DNA of 61,300 nt, filler included, from Basidiobolus ranarum (taxonomy: Eukaryota), in assembly GCA_040143965.1 (NCBI GenBank). It is 13 parts of 13 records of this genome, joined end to end, with 100 filler letters (N's around TTAATTAATTAA, not from the genome) between each part and the next. Parts side by side here need not be neighbours in the genome. Positions count along the whole stretch, not along the records: positions 23,682 to 28,309 come from JASJQH010008763.1; positions 28,410 to 33,032 come from JASJQH010008764.1; positions 33,133 to 37,751 come from JASJQH010008765.1; 10 more parts are not named here. One strand, 5' to 3'. The position numbers were made by a program, and so were the translations under genes. Of the stretch, positions 24,420 through 36,340 are shown piece by piece (positions within the stretch are counted from its first letter, which is position 1; each line of letters starts with the position of its first letter). The notes under the pieces were generated by a model. The model ran no database searches and was not told the DNA's origin. It was given only the letters and a program-made list of their open reading frames with translations.

Positions 24420-25510
24420 TAAAAAAATCAGCAAAAACAATAAACTTAGTTGTTGAGTGGTCTAGCAATCTATTATTGACTTTTGGAGGCATTGAAATGC
24501 CAGGAACTTACTCAAGTTATGGTAAAGTGTTACTCTACTCATCAGATGTATTCTTTTCTGCTGTTGGCGCAAGTGAAGAGGCTACAATTCCCCCATCTTG
24601 TAGAAAGTCAAAAATTTAGCATGTTTCAATGAACTCACCATCAACACTTTCACCTTCCAAATGCCTACTTTGGCATCTATTGAACATCCCACTGTAGGCA
24701 ATTTGGCTAGAATTAATACAACAAGGGAATCTCAGGCAGAACACAGTAATGATATTTATGAAATTGTAAGTAAATGCTACATAGTTACTATATAGGCCAT
24801 GACAAGCCATAACACAGGTATATTGGGCAAATGTCATTGAAAACCAGCAAACCAAAAGACTCTGAATGTTAGAGCTGCTTACACTTGCTCAGCTGACAGA
24901 TGGTTTGACATTTTGGAAACTATGCAGAATCTTGCCCATAATGACCTTGATTTTTGCTTATCTTAGAAAAACCAAAGACCGGGCATTGCTCATTAGGTCA
25001 TTGACTTATTTCATGTGGAATATCTTGGGTTTTTGCTAGCAAATAGCAATAGGGATTGTATAGGCATAGTCATGAAACATCTCAAAAAGGTATATGATTG
25101 TTGACTTGGAAGAGAAAGAAAAGCAGCTAAAGCTGTACTTAAGGAGATGGAAGTAATTTAACCAAAGGGAAAAGCAAAAAAGCTGGTGGTTGTTGACCAC
25201 ACTGTCCCACTTACCAATTTTTTGCACCATTAGAAAGACCTGTATTTCCTGAGTTGGAAATACATAAAAATATACTGTTGAATGCATGATTTTGTGGTAC
25301 AACCAAAAATACCAGCTTGAAGAGGTCAAAGGTAGGAGGTATATCCTACACCTGACACTTCTCAACAAGCTAAAACACCAGCAAACAAAGCACATGGCTC
25401 TCCAATCTCAACTGGTCTTTTCAAAGTGTTCAAATTGCCCCAAACTTAAAGGCAAGCAAAAAGACACCCAAACACTGCAAAGCACTCCAAGTAGTGTCAT
25501 ACTAAATGGA
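24420..25510 (+). repeat. Repeat family X copy (internally deleted)
   Basis: Collinear with 57765-59085 (gaaaaccagcaaaccaaaagactct; caaacttaaaggcaagcaaaa). Confidence 0.75.
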
Positions 25511-26020
25511 TAAAAAATTACTGTTAGGGTAATAGCAAAGCCTGTTATCCAGTAATTCCACCCAACTGGAATCTTTCACTAATTGACTATCTCATTAGTA
25601 AAAACATTACAGTGCTCTTGCTCAAATTGGACCTAAAGCTTCCTGTCAATACCAGCAGCTTTTACTGTCACAATAAGGAATTGGACAAGGACTGAATACA
25701 GTAACTAGAGGTTAGAAAGCAGGATAGTACTTGGGTGTAGACCACAAGGCAAGACCAGACAAGACTGGACAGGGAAGATACTCTGGCTGGAATCTTTATA
25801 GATAAATGGCATCAAATAGGAGGTGGTCTCATTAAGGAAAACAGGGAGCTTATATAAATATTGCCAGGTGAAATATAATATACTGAATAGAAGTACTGTG
25901 GCAATTTCAAGTCTCAGGGTGTTGAGGACTGCAAGGACCAATATAATGGGGGTCAATGTAAGGATGATCAGATGCCTTTCATGAAAGGTCTTGGCAGATT
26001 TATACTATTCTTGGTATGTA

Positions 26021-26303
26021 TGTTGAAAGTCTGGTGACTTGTGGTACAAGCGGTAATTCCCAGAGAGGAAAATATGAAGTATGGTGACTGCATCTGAAGA
26101 CAAAGTCTAAGGCCAATCAGTTGCTTGTATAGCAGAAATGCCAAAGTTCCATACATTTAACAGACTAGGTTAAGGTTCCTTAGCAATATAGGCATAGCAT
26201 ACAAGGACTGGTAGCTCAGTGGTTAGAGCACCTTGCTAGAGTGAAGGAGGTCCCAGGTTCAAATCCTGGCTGGACCAATATTTCTCCCTAAATAATTTCA
26301 ATA
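26021..26303 (+). mobile_element. LTR-like unit carrying a tRNA-derived sequence
   Basis: Starts TGTTGAAA, ends TTTCAATA; tRNA-like segment at 26205-26277; its 3' end is shared with the copy at 37651-37751. Confidence 0.6.
26205..26277 (+). ncRNA. tRNA-derived sequence / pseudo-tRNA with intact Pol III A and B boxes
   Basis: 73 nt; A box TAGCTCAGTGG, T arm CCAGG-TTCAAAT-CCTGG. Mismatches A3:A70 and G31:G39; AGA at the anticodon position without the long Ser variable arm. Confidence 0.8.
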
Positions 26304-26483
26304 TTATTATGATTGCTTAGGTTTAATAGAATATTCCAAAGATATGACATCCATTTAAGATAACCTGGATGAACTAGCACAAAATTGCCAAGAAAGGATG
26401 GCACAACAGACATGATGTCAGTATCTAATAATGACAGAATTCCATTTGCAATGAAGGAGCTTGCTAAGATCAGAATCATGACT

Positions 26484-27180
26484 GTTTCCTTCCTTCAGCA
26501 ATGTCTTCCAGACATCATTGGGCCAGGTTTTTTCTGGGTAGCTTTCATGAAACTCCTGGAAAAGTTCTTGAGAGTTGGAAAGAGTTTTTGCTGATTTCCA
26601 TGATTGATCATTTTCTGAGATTCCCTTCCAGTCTACTAAATATTGAAATTTACATCAATAAATTCTTGAATATAGAATTTTGATAACTTCATATTCAAGG
26701 TGCTCCTTTACCTGGATTGTTGGGTGAGGGTCAATGGATTGGCCATGGAGGTGTTTCCAGAATGAGGCTCTAGGGGAGACACATGGAATACATTGTGGAC
26801 TTTGCAATAGTCTGTGAGTTTAAGGTGGTGTAGTTGTTTTGGGGTGTAAGCAGCAACTAAAACTGCAATATCCTAAGGGTTGTGTGAGGTGTTCAAAGGG
26901 TGCAGTAACCATGGTTGAATAACTCTGGGATGTACTGTAATATGGTTCTGTCTCTTGCCTCTTGGGTCTTTGTGAAAGGGAATCAAGCCTCTGGAAATGT
27001 CTGAGGACTAATAAACCACAATGCAATGTCTGGCTTTCTGTTGAATAATATGCTGGTGCCTGACAAAAGAATATAATGGCTTCAATGTCCTTTGAGAATG
27101 ATCTGATAAAAATGGTATATCCAATTAAAAACAACTGTAAACTCAGCCAGCAGGGTCTTGAATGAGGATGCACTAGTAGT
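26484..27180 (-). pseudogene. Chromovirus remnant: gag-like piece next to integrase C-terminus and chromodomain
   Basis: Own translation HNVFHVSPLEP...EYEVIKILYSR..QYLVDWKGISENDQSW..QEFHESYPEK (about 26520-26800). Confidence 0.75.
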
Positions 27181-28409
27181 GATTTATCAAAGGATGTGAA
27201 AAGTTTCTTTCCTATGCAGACAAAGCTAGGGAAAAAAATATAAAGTATCAGAAATATAACACCTACCTGGCAGTACTTCCTTTGAGCCAGTCAAGTCCTT
27301 TCTAGTCACACAGTAGCCTGTAACTGCCTCTAGTAGTCTCTGTTGAGCTTCCTCTTCAGAGGTCTTGTAAGTGGTGATAAAAATAAGGGGTGGTCACAAG
27401 TAGTAATTGTTAGTTGAAAACCGGGATGATTTTTATTTGAAAAATATGGCTCCTATTTATACTTTTCTGAAGGTAGATATGATAACTAATGAGAATTTCC
27501 AGAAAGTCTCAGAGAATTCTATTGGTCAGGGTCTGGGGTTATGATATCATCATAAATCATAAGATTAGTAATCCATGAAATGTTCTGGCAAAACCAACTT
27601 TTGCTTGGTCAAAACTCAATCAATGATCAAATATTCCAAGAATCTTGTGGAATGTTCTGGAAGAATGTAGAGTTTTCCAGAAAATAATAGGGCTAATGTG
27701 GGTTAATACCAATAAATGTGAAATAATAGAGGATAATACTAATGGTGTGATATGATTGTGAAGAAAATTTGGGTAAGTCACATATTGATAATAAAATAGT
27801 AATTGTGCAATGGTAATGATATGAGCTTGGAGTAGAAATAAGTCAACCTGCCAGTGGGCATGATGATCTTAAAAGGCCATAGTGAATTATGATTAAGCTT
27901 ATCACAAGTTGTAGAGGTCTTTATATTTTTTTGGATCAGCTTCACATCACTCTTGGCTTGACATCTGGGTTTGGCTTTCTATTCTTAACAGCAAAGTTCT
28001 TGTATTGTGATTTAGCATGTTCCAACTGGGATATTAATTGTTAATGATGTCCTCAAGGAAAGTGACATGATCTGACACAGCAGGGCAAGGTAGATTGGAA
28101 GGTGGGTAAACCGTACAACAAGACAAAATTAATAATTTGCAAAGAAAGGAGTTTGTTTTATTCAGATATCATTAGAGCTGTTGTAAGTAAATTCAGCAAC
28201 AGGTAAGAGTTATATCAAATAATTTTGATTATATTTATGGTGCATCTCAAATATTGCTCAAAAACTATTAGGGATTGGAAGTGGCTATAGGTGGCCATAG
28301 GGCTAATGTNNNNNNNNNNNNNNNNNNNNNNNNNNNNNNNNNNNNNNNNNNNNTTAATTAATTAANNNNNNNNNNNNNNNNNNNNNNNNNNNNNNNNNNN
28401 NNNNNNNNN

Positions 28410-28958
28410 GTTTCCCGTGTGAAGAACCTTCATACCTCTGATTGCTTACGTGCCAACAAGTCCACCATGGCTTGGGGTTTGGAAGCTCGTGTACCTTTCT
28501 TGGATAAATCTTTCTTGGAGGTCGCCATGAACATTGACCCCCGTGAAAAGTTATTCGGAGGAGACACCAAGCGTATGGAGAAGCACATCATTCGTAAGGC
28601 CTTCGACACCTCCAGCGATCCTCTCGCCAAGCCTTATCTTCCTGACAGCATTCTCTGGCGTCAAAAGGAACAATTCTCTGACGGTGTCGGATACAGCTGG
28701 ATTGACTCCTTGAAGGACAAAGCTGAAGAGCTCGTTAGTGATGATAAATTTGCCAAGGCTGCTGAAAGATGGCCCAAGGATACTCCTCAAACCAAGGAGG
28801 CCTACTGGTATCGTGAGATCTTCGAAGAGCACTTCCCTCAAGAAGCTTGCACAGAGTCTGTTGTTAGATGGATTCCTCGTGGTGACTGGGGTTGTCCTGC
28901 TGATCCTTCTGGTCGTGCCCAAAAGGTTCACAATGCCGCTTATGAACCTAAAGCCTAA
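28410..28958 (+). CDS. ASN1: Glutamine-dependent asparagine synthetase, C-terminal part
   Basis: [48 protein letters not shown]. Confidence 0.95.
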   Translation, partial: VSRVKNLHTSDCLRANKSTMAWGLEARVPFLDKSFLEVAMNIDPREKLFGGDTKRMEKHIIRKAFDTSSDPLAKPYLPDSILWRQKEQFSDGVGYSWIDSLKDKAEELVSDDKFAKAAERWPKDTPQTKEAYWYREIFEEHFPQEACTESVVRWIPRGDWGCPADPSGRAQKVHNAAYEPKA

Positions 28959-30261
28959 TTTAGCACCACGTGTACTGTTCTATTAGATTATATACTGCTC
29001 ATTCATTCATCTCGCCCTTGTCTTTTACAACTTCTAACCTATATGTTAGTCTTTTATTTATTGATTAGTATGCAGTAAAAGCTTGCATTCATCACTGTAA
29101 TAAAGATAAAATCGTCATATGTACTCTATCAAATCCATCCCTTAACCGATTTGGCAATGTTTAAAGTTTTACCAAGGCAGACCATGACCCTGGTACAAAA
29201 GATTATCTACTATTGGAACGGCAACGGGAGATCCAATAAAAAATTGTGACCACAACTGGAATATACCCGAGATTGATAAAGATATAAATGGTTTAATATT
29301 TGCCTGCGACGGTTCAACCAACCCGTTTCATTGAGCAAGTTCCAAAAGATAACTTTCTTGATATGATCAAGATAGCCAACTGCATAAGTTGTCCATGATT
29401 ATCATGGATATTGGGTGGTTTACCTGTTTCAAGTGATACATTCACGATAATTAATTTACCCTATCTAATTTTGAATTCCAAATGACTGATTACATATCAA
29501 CATATTAAGGTGTGCATTACCTCATTAGTTCAAAAGCATCATCTTGATATTCGTGTATCATATAATACATTCTTCATTCAGGCCTCGACAAACGGATTTT
29601 CCATTCAATACTGGTCGAGATTTTATTCTTGTATTCTAAATGTCCTCGATATTTTGGATGTGGTAGTAATATCTAAAGGCAAACATATATAATTGGGAAT
29701 ATTGCTCAAGATTCTTTTAAACATCAAGAGTCAACTAACCTTCTTAAAATTTGTATTCTTAGTCTTTACAAAGAACCGCATTCCCTACTAAGAATACTTG
29801 AGTTTAGAATTATGATAGTTGGAAATAGATATTGAAAGTTATGTGTACTGAAGGAGATTTAAACTTAGGGTAAGGTTTACTATGGTTTAACATTCAATTA
29901 TAGATAGTACTCAGCATGTCTGAAAGATTATCTTAAGTTCAAACCTAGAGTGAACAAATCCTATATACTAGAGAAAGAGATTATTAATGATATAGACAGT
30001 AGTATAAATTGGGTAGAAGCAGATCAAGAGTTTGACCAGAGTCTCCATGTTGACAAAAATATTAATACTTAAGAAGTGTAGATTCAGGTGAAAACTATAC
30101 TGATGTTATTGAGGTATTAAATTATAAGAAATGTATGACATAACTTACTAGATACATAGACAGATCATCAAATCAAAATCACTCACCAGTTTCAGACTAT
30201 TTATTGCCTCATTAATCCAACTTGTAAGGTATACTATAGGGCAGGTATTAGTCCAAACAAA

Positions 30262-30612
30262 TGTTCAAGTATTTTGGAAGCCTGTTGGAAGTAGTAGTTT
30301 GGAGGAATAGAGAAATTGGTGGTGCCACCTATCAATTTATTGAATTGAAAGTTGACATCAATAGTTTTGTCCAGATGTAAGCAAACTAAAATATAGAATG
30401 TGTTCTGGAAAATCCCAGGAACATTTGTACAAAGTTTTGGGCTTTTGACACAGGTTTGAAGAATTTATATATCTGAGAACCTCTAAGTGGGTGTCAATAT
30501 TCCAAGTATATTCCTCATGAAAATAATGGGTAATATTGTAGTTCAATATAGGATAACTAGACATTAAGCTATATATGACTATATAGGTGTTTAGACAATG
30601 CCAATTTCAACA
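30262..30612 (-). mobile_element. Full-length copia-family LTR
   Basis: TGTTCAAG...AATTTCAACA; no TSD seen; further LTR fragments at ~30675-30723 and ~30797-30870. Confidence 0.8.
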
Positions 30613-30971
30613 ATTTATTTGTTGTTGTGTTGTTCTAGGTTCAATATCTCTCTCTTGCTGTGAAATGAAACTATATTCTAGTTCTCCAAACAACTTCCTA
30701 CAAACTGCCAAAATACTTCAATATCAAGATCTCCTTCACAATGAATAAGACTTCTTATTCTAGATGTATCTTATTGAATATATAATCTTCATTGTGTTGA
30801 AGATGATATAGCTTAAGTATCTATGTAGTCAAGTGGTTAGTTACCTAAATTTCACTGTGTTCTTATTTAGTATCTTCACGAGGAATTAATTGAAAATATT
30901 GGGACTAAATTCTCATTTTCAACTACTCTGTGCAGAGAAATATTACCACTCTATTTTTCTACATCTCCTAC

Positions 30972-31453
30972 TGTTAAGGTATTTTGGAAGCGTGTTGGAA
31001 GTGGTTTGGAGAAATAGAGAAATTGGTGGTTATCACTTATTGATTTATTCAGTTGAAATTTGATATTTACAGTTTTATAAGCAAAATAACGTGTAAAATG
31101 TGCCAAGAAAGATCTAAGAGACATGTGTGCAAAGTCTGGGGCTTTCAGTACGGTTTGAAAAATCTATATATTTGAGAACTCCTAAGTATATTCCAATCAA
31201 GAATAGTTGCTGATGCCTTAATGGAATATACTTAGAAGTTCTCAGAAGATAAGATTTTTCAAACTTGTGTTAGAAGCCCCGTAATTTCCACACATGTTCC
31301 TGGGACCTTTCTTAGCACATTCTACTGGTTTGCTTGTGTACCTTGGACAAAACTATATATGTCAACTTTCTACTCAATAAATCAATAAGTGAAATCCACC
31401 AATTCTTCTAATTCACCAAACCGCCTCCAACATACTGCCAAGATACTTTAACA
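30972..31453. repeat. Fold-back of two inverted LTR 3' halves
   Basis: Arms ~30972-31195 and ~31222-31453 are reverse complements around a ~26-nt spacer; outer ends TGTTAA...TTAACA. Confidence 0.8.
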
Positions 31454-32188
31454 ATTGGCTTAGAAATAGATGCTGTAGGTATTTGAAATAAGTAAGAAAT
31501 ATCTAAGATAATTTGCACGTATTGCTCTATTGAATCACAAATAAGCGTTTATACTCAAGTACAGAATGGAAGAAAGTAATGAGAAGTAGGTCCTTCCAGA
31601 GTACTTAGAAAGTTGGGATTCTAGTTTGGGGAGCTATGGACAAGCTTAAAAACCTCAGTCTTGTCTGAGCACATTTGTCAATATATCCAAAATACAAGTG
31701 ATGCTTTTGAATTACGCACTATTAGCTAAATAAATAGCAACTATGCTCAACAAGATATGTGTTTAATTTGAATACTACAACAATAGGAGCACAATTATTG
31801 GATACCCCAATTTGATCAGCATCAAAGTCAACATAAAATGTACTAAGATTGAGAGGAATATATTTTACTAAGCTCTTACCAACAATAAAACTGACACTTG
31901 TTATTGATTAGATATTATACGGTGAAGATTATATTTATATATATAATTACAACATGGGTCATTCGAAAGCTAACAATGTTACAGACAACACTATGATTTT
32001 AGTTTCTGAATTGATAAGGATATTTTTGGATTAATTATTTATTTTGAAATGATTTTAATTCTCATAGTACGCTAAAGTTAGACAATAAGCTCATATTTAC
32101 ATGTGAATTCGATGTAATGTGGTATTAAAGATTAGATCTAAATGGTCATTGATATATGCGGTAATTCTAGGGAAGTGGGTATAATAGA

Positions 32189-33032
32189 TTACCAGGCAAG
32201 TCTGGAAATTAATCCAAGCGGGAATTTGCGGCAATAGTATTTACGTGTCTCATCAGCGGCTAAGATAAACAATGCTCCACCAATAGGGATAAACCAAAAT
32301 TGGACTGGAACATGTCGGGTATTGAAGATATTGTTAAATGCTGGTAAGTAAATAGCAAGCAAGGCTAAACCAACAGAGCAACATTGAGCTCCATATAACC
32401 AGAGATTACGGGAAGGTTCGGCCCATGGGGGATGCTGGAGGACTGAGAGACGACGGGTACGAGTGGCCAGTAAATTACCGAAGGCTTGAAGCATAACCAG
32501 TGTGACAAAAGTAACACACTGAGCGGTATAATGTAAATCATCAAGTTCTTGTTGTGTTTTACCCAAATGTTCGGGGGACCAGTTGTTGAAAGCGAGCAAG
32601 ATATCCTTAACCTTGATGTTACCATATTCTTGAAGATAATAGAAGAACATGCAGTGAGAGATTAAGGTTTCCATCAGACCAGTGAATAAATAGGCGTGAC
32701 GGAGTAACTTGAAATTCACCAAACGATCTTGGTCAGGACGACGAGGTGGACGTTTCAACAAATCAGATTCGGGGGTTTCAAACATGATTGCAATCGATGG
32801 GAACATATCAGTCAACACACAGATATAGATCATTAAGAAGGCAGAAAGAGGAAGTGGGATACCGAGTAAAAAGTTGGACAGAATTGGAATCAACTCGGAC
32901 CATGAACCAGCGGGAATAAGGTAAAGGATAACTTTCTTCAAGTTGTCGTACACCAATCTTCCGTTCTCAATAGCGACAATGATAGAAGAGAAGTTGTTAT
33001 CGAGAAGTACCATGTGAGCTGCCTCCATGGCT
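32189..33032 (-). CDS. P-type ATPase, type IIC (Na+/K+-ATPase alpha-like), C-terminal part
   Basis: MVLLDNNFSSIIVAIENGRLVYDNLKK, PLPLS, PESDLLKRPPRRPDQDRLVN, TRTRRLSVLQ, DETRK; M5-M10 helices. Confidence 0.88.
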
Positions 33033-33132
33033 NNNNNNNNNNNNNNNNNNNNNNNNNNNNNNNNNNNNNNNNNNNNTTAATTAATTAANNNNNNNNNNNN
33101 NNNNNNNNNNNNNNNNNNNNNNNNNNNNNNNN

Positions 33133-34320
33133 TGGCTTTTTTTGACTTTATAGAACAATGGCAAGCTATTACTGGAAATGGCCTTATGCTGTGCAACTAA
33201 AGATCCTCAGATGATCCACACTTGGTTTAGCTTCAAATAGGGCTTCAAATAGAGTAGAATTTGTAGCAATCTTGGTGGGCATCTGTTTTCAATAAAGATG
33301 GCAATGAAGACAGATTCAGCCCAATATTGGTAATTTTACTTTTGATCATGTAACATTGATATTGCCATATCCACAGTGGTCCTATTAGCATGTAATGCAG
33401 CTCCATATTGCTGTGGAGTATAAGATACTGTAGTTTGTAGCTCAATAGATGTGTAGAGCAAAAACTTGCAAAGTCTTTAGAGCAGTATTATCCACCATGA
33501 CAACTCAGTAGTACCCTTGTTTTTTGTGCTGCTTCTTTCTCTACCATGGCTTAGTGGTGCTTGAATGTAGTTAGGGCTTGAGATTAGGATTTAGGAATGA
33601 ATACCCAAGCAAATCTTGTTTTGTCATCAATGAGCATCATGAAGTACCTTTTAGCATCTATTGAGATGTTTTTCATGTGCTCCTATGAATCAGAATGAGT
33701 CAGGGCAAAATTCTGAGTGGCTTTGACCGCTTGTATCACCAGTTTCACCCAAGTTTGCATGCTAAGAATGCAAGTTGTTGATATATAGCTTGTACAAGTT
33801 TTGATATTTGATCCCGTTAGCTAATTTGGTATTATTCTGATCTGTGCTAGTGCATGCAGCATTGCTGAACATAAAATTTAGTCCTTGAGCTGTTGCTTGG
33901 CTTGCTGAGAGCAGATTATTAACTGCACATGGTAGATAGAGTATATCATCCAATTTTGCAGATGGTGTAGCTGAACTTCAGTCTAAATTTAGCACAACTG
34001 TGCCCTTGCCAACTGCATCTAGTGCTTAGTTATCACCTAAGTAGATTTTCCTTGTTTGCCTGGGTTATAAGCTTGAGAATCAATCTTTCTTGTTTGACAT
34101 ATGCTGGGATGCTCCTGAATCAATGTACCATGTTTCTGAGTCTTCTGTAGTGGGTACTGATAGGGCAAACACAAATAGATGCACCCTGTCAGTGCTTGCT
34201 TGACTTGCTTGCTTCAATTTTGGCTTTTTGGCAAAAATGCTTTTTCTGCAATTTTAATTAAATGTCCTGGTTTCTTGCAATACCTGCAGATGATTGATTT
34301 CTATTAGGGGCACCATAACT
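33133..34320 (-). mobile_element. Degenerate Ty1/copia (zinc knuckle, protease, integrase)
   Basis: Minus-strand CRYCKKPGH, WYIDSGASQHM, NNLLSASQAT, YFMMLIDDKTRFAWVF. Confidence 0.85.
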
Positions 34321-34326
34321 GGAGCA

Positions 34327-36340
34327 TGTTGGACACTTTACAGCTCCAAAAATTGCCAATCATACTGGAAATGCCAAGATCTATGTTTATGGTTGACTGG
34401 AACATCCTTGATCAGCTGATTCCATTAGTCAGGATTATTGCTTACCATGGCCTATCAATATGATTATCCTATCATCAAGATCTATTTACAATTGGTAATT
34501 ACTTAGATTAGATACTTTATTGGTGCCATCCCCAGGTATGGATAGATCAAATGTCTTTGCAAGTTTAGCCTCATTATAATGATTTCAGCTATGGTCTTTT
34601 TATTTAATATTAGTTAGTAATCTAATGATGGGTTATCTGCTTATCACATCAAAGAATTTTAGTATAAAAGGGCATCCCCCACCCTTTGAAATTAACAGCA
34701 CTATCTATAGTAACATTGTGTAACTACACTATCACACTTACATCTTGACTCATCCATCCTCTGCCATTAGGTTATGACCCCATTACTACTTACATGAGAT
34801 GAATATGAATATAAGAGACTTTGGCTGCTCTAATAGAGAAGACTTTCTGATCTGATGCCCCAGGGTGAATATGCTGCTCTCAAAGAGAAACCTTTGGAGA
34901 ATTGTTACTAGTGTCAGAACTCAACTCAGTGCCTCAAAGCTTAAGGATCCAGCTGACTTTAAGAGAAGGGAGGTGAAATCCCTTGCTGCTCTAATGCTGT
35001 ATTTTAATGATGTTTGACTAGTTCTTGTACTCCATGTAGGTCACCTAGTGAGGTCTGGGAAATCTTGAAGACCCTTTACAAAATTTTAGGAACTACATAT
35101 TGTATGTATATATAAAGATAACCATATGACATCCTCAAAAAGGGAGATTCTGATATATCAACTGAGCATTTCAACACACTCAAAGCCATGGTGCAGAAGC
35201 TGGCTGCTGTTGGAGTAACTGTTTCAATAATTGACTTTATTGGTATATGATTTGGTACTCTACTATCAAGTTACTCTATTATTATCACAACTATAGAGTA
35301 TATTGATAGGAAATACATACTAAGACCTATGTTGCTTCTAAGTAATTCCATGAAGAGAGAAACTAGTGAGAGGTGGGGCTAAATATAAGAAGCAGAGTGC
35401 CTTTTATACAAACAAACAATATGTGGGTACAAAGAGCTCTTACAAGAAGACCAAATTCTATGGCATTGTTGAAACAAGCCTGGGCACTATACCAAGAACA
35501 GCTACACAAAGAAAGCTGATATGCAATAAAAGACAGTGCAAGCAATCTATTTTAGCACTAATAAGGACTTTGCATTTGTTTTGACTACGGCCATAACTAT
35601 TGACTTGCATTGTGAATATATTGGCTAATATGCATTGAAAAATATTACTCACCATAGCAACTGGCTTATTAGCTTTAGGTTTGTACCTGTCAAGAAAGTT
35701 TACATAGGTGGTATTTGTACTCTTGATGCTGTGGGAGTTGCAAAGGTTGACTTGGCTTTAAAATTGATAGAAAACTGTTGCATTGCACCTTGACTGATGT
35801 ACTTCATGTGCCTGGAATTTCAAAGAACCTGTTTTCTGCTAGTAAAGCTACATCTGAAGAATGACAAGTGAAATTCCCTGATTGGAAGTGCCTTATTTTG
35901 TAAAAGGACAAGTAAAATACACCTATTACTGAAGTAACAAGGAGTCAAGCTCTTAACTGCCTGAATGCTACAGTTATCTACTCAGAATATGTGAACCTAG
36001 CTGACAACAAGTTGAACAAGCTTTCATGGTGCACTCCAAGAGAAGGAGATGGTTATAGGACTTGAACTAAGAAATTCAACAGCTAAAGAATTTTGTATAG
36101 GTTATTGGAGCCAAGCAGTTTCTAGGACTTGTTGAATTTCATCTGTATCTATCTATCACTATCACCTCTCTAGGTGATTCAAATACCTCATTCAATTTGT
36201 CACTGACTTTTCAACAATAATGTTGGTGTCCTTCTTAAAGAACATAAGTCAGAGTCTAGAGGTATTCTGGGAGTTTCATGATGCAGTAAGGAATTAAACA
36301 TGCAAGAAAGTTAAGGCTATAAGAACAGATAATGCAAAAT
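34327..36340 (+). mobile_element. Second degenerate copia (5' LTR ~34327-34766, PBS, gag to integrase) abutting the first
   Basis: TGTTGG start, TATAAAAG, PBS GGTTATGACCCC (34770-34781), decayed knuckle KPGHYTKN, integrase KVKAIRTDNA. Confidence 0.7.

Larger units (their letters stand above)
25666..26483 (-). mobile_element. Ty3/gypsy (chromovirus) 3' LTR, interrupted by 26021-26303
   Basis: Follows the chromodomain and a PPT (minus-strand GAAGGAAGGAAA); TGTCA-type termini; 25666-25900 is similar to 56765-57000. Confidence 0.6.

Noticed and set aside
26205-26277. Functional tRNA-Ser(AGA) gene
   Set aside because: No long variable arm, stem mismatches shared by both copies, CpG decay, and embedded in TE sequence.
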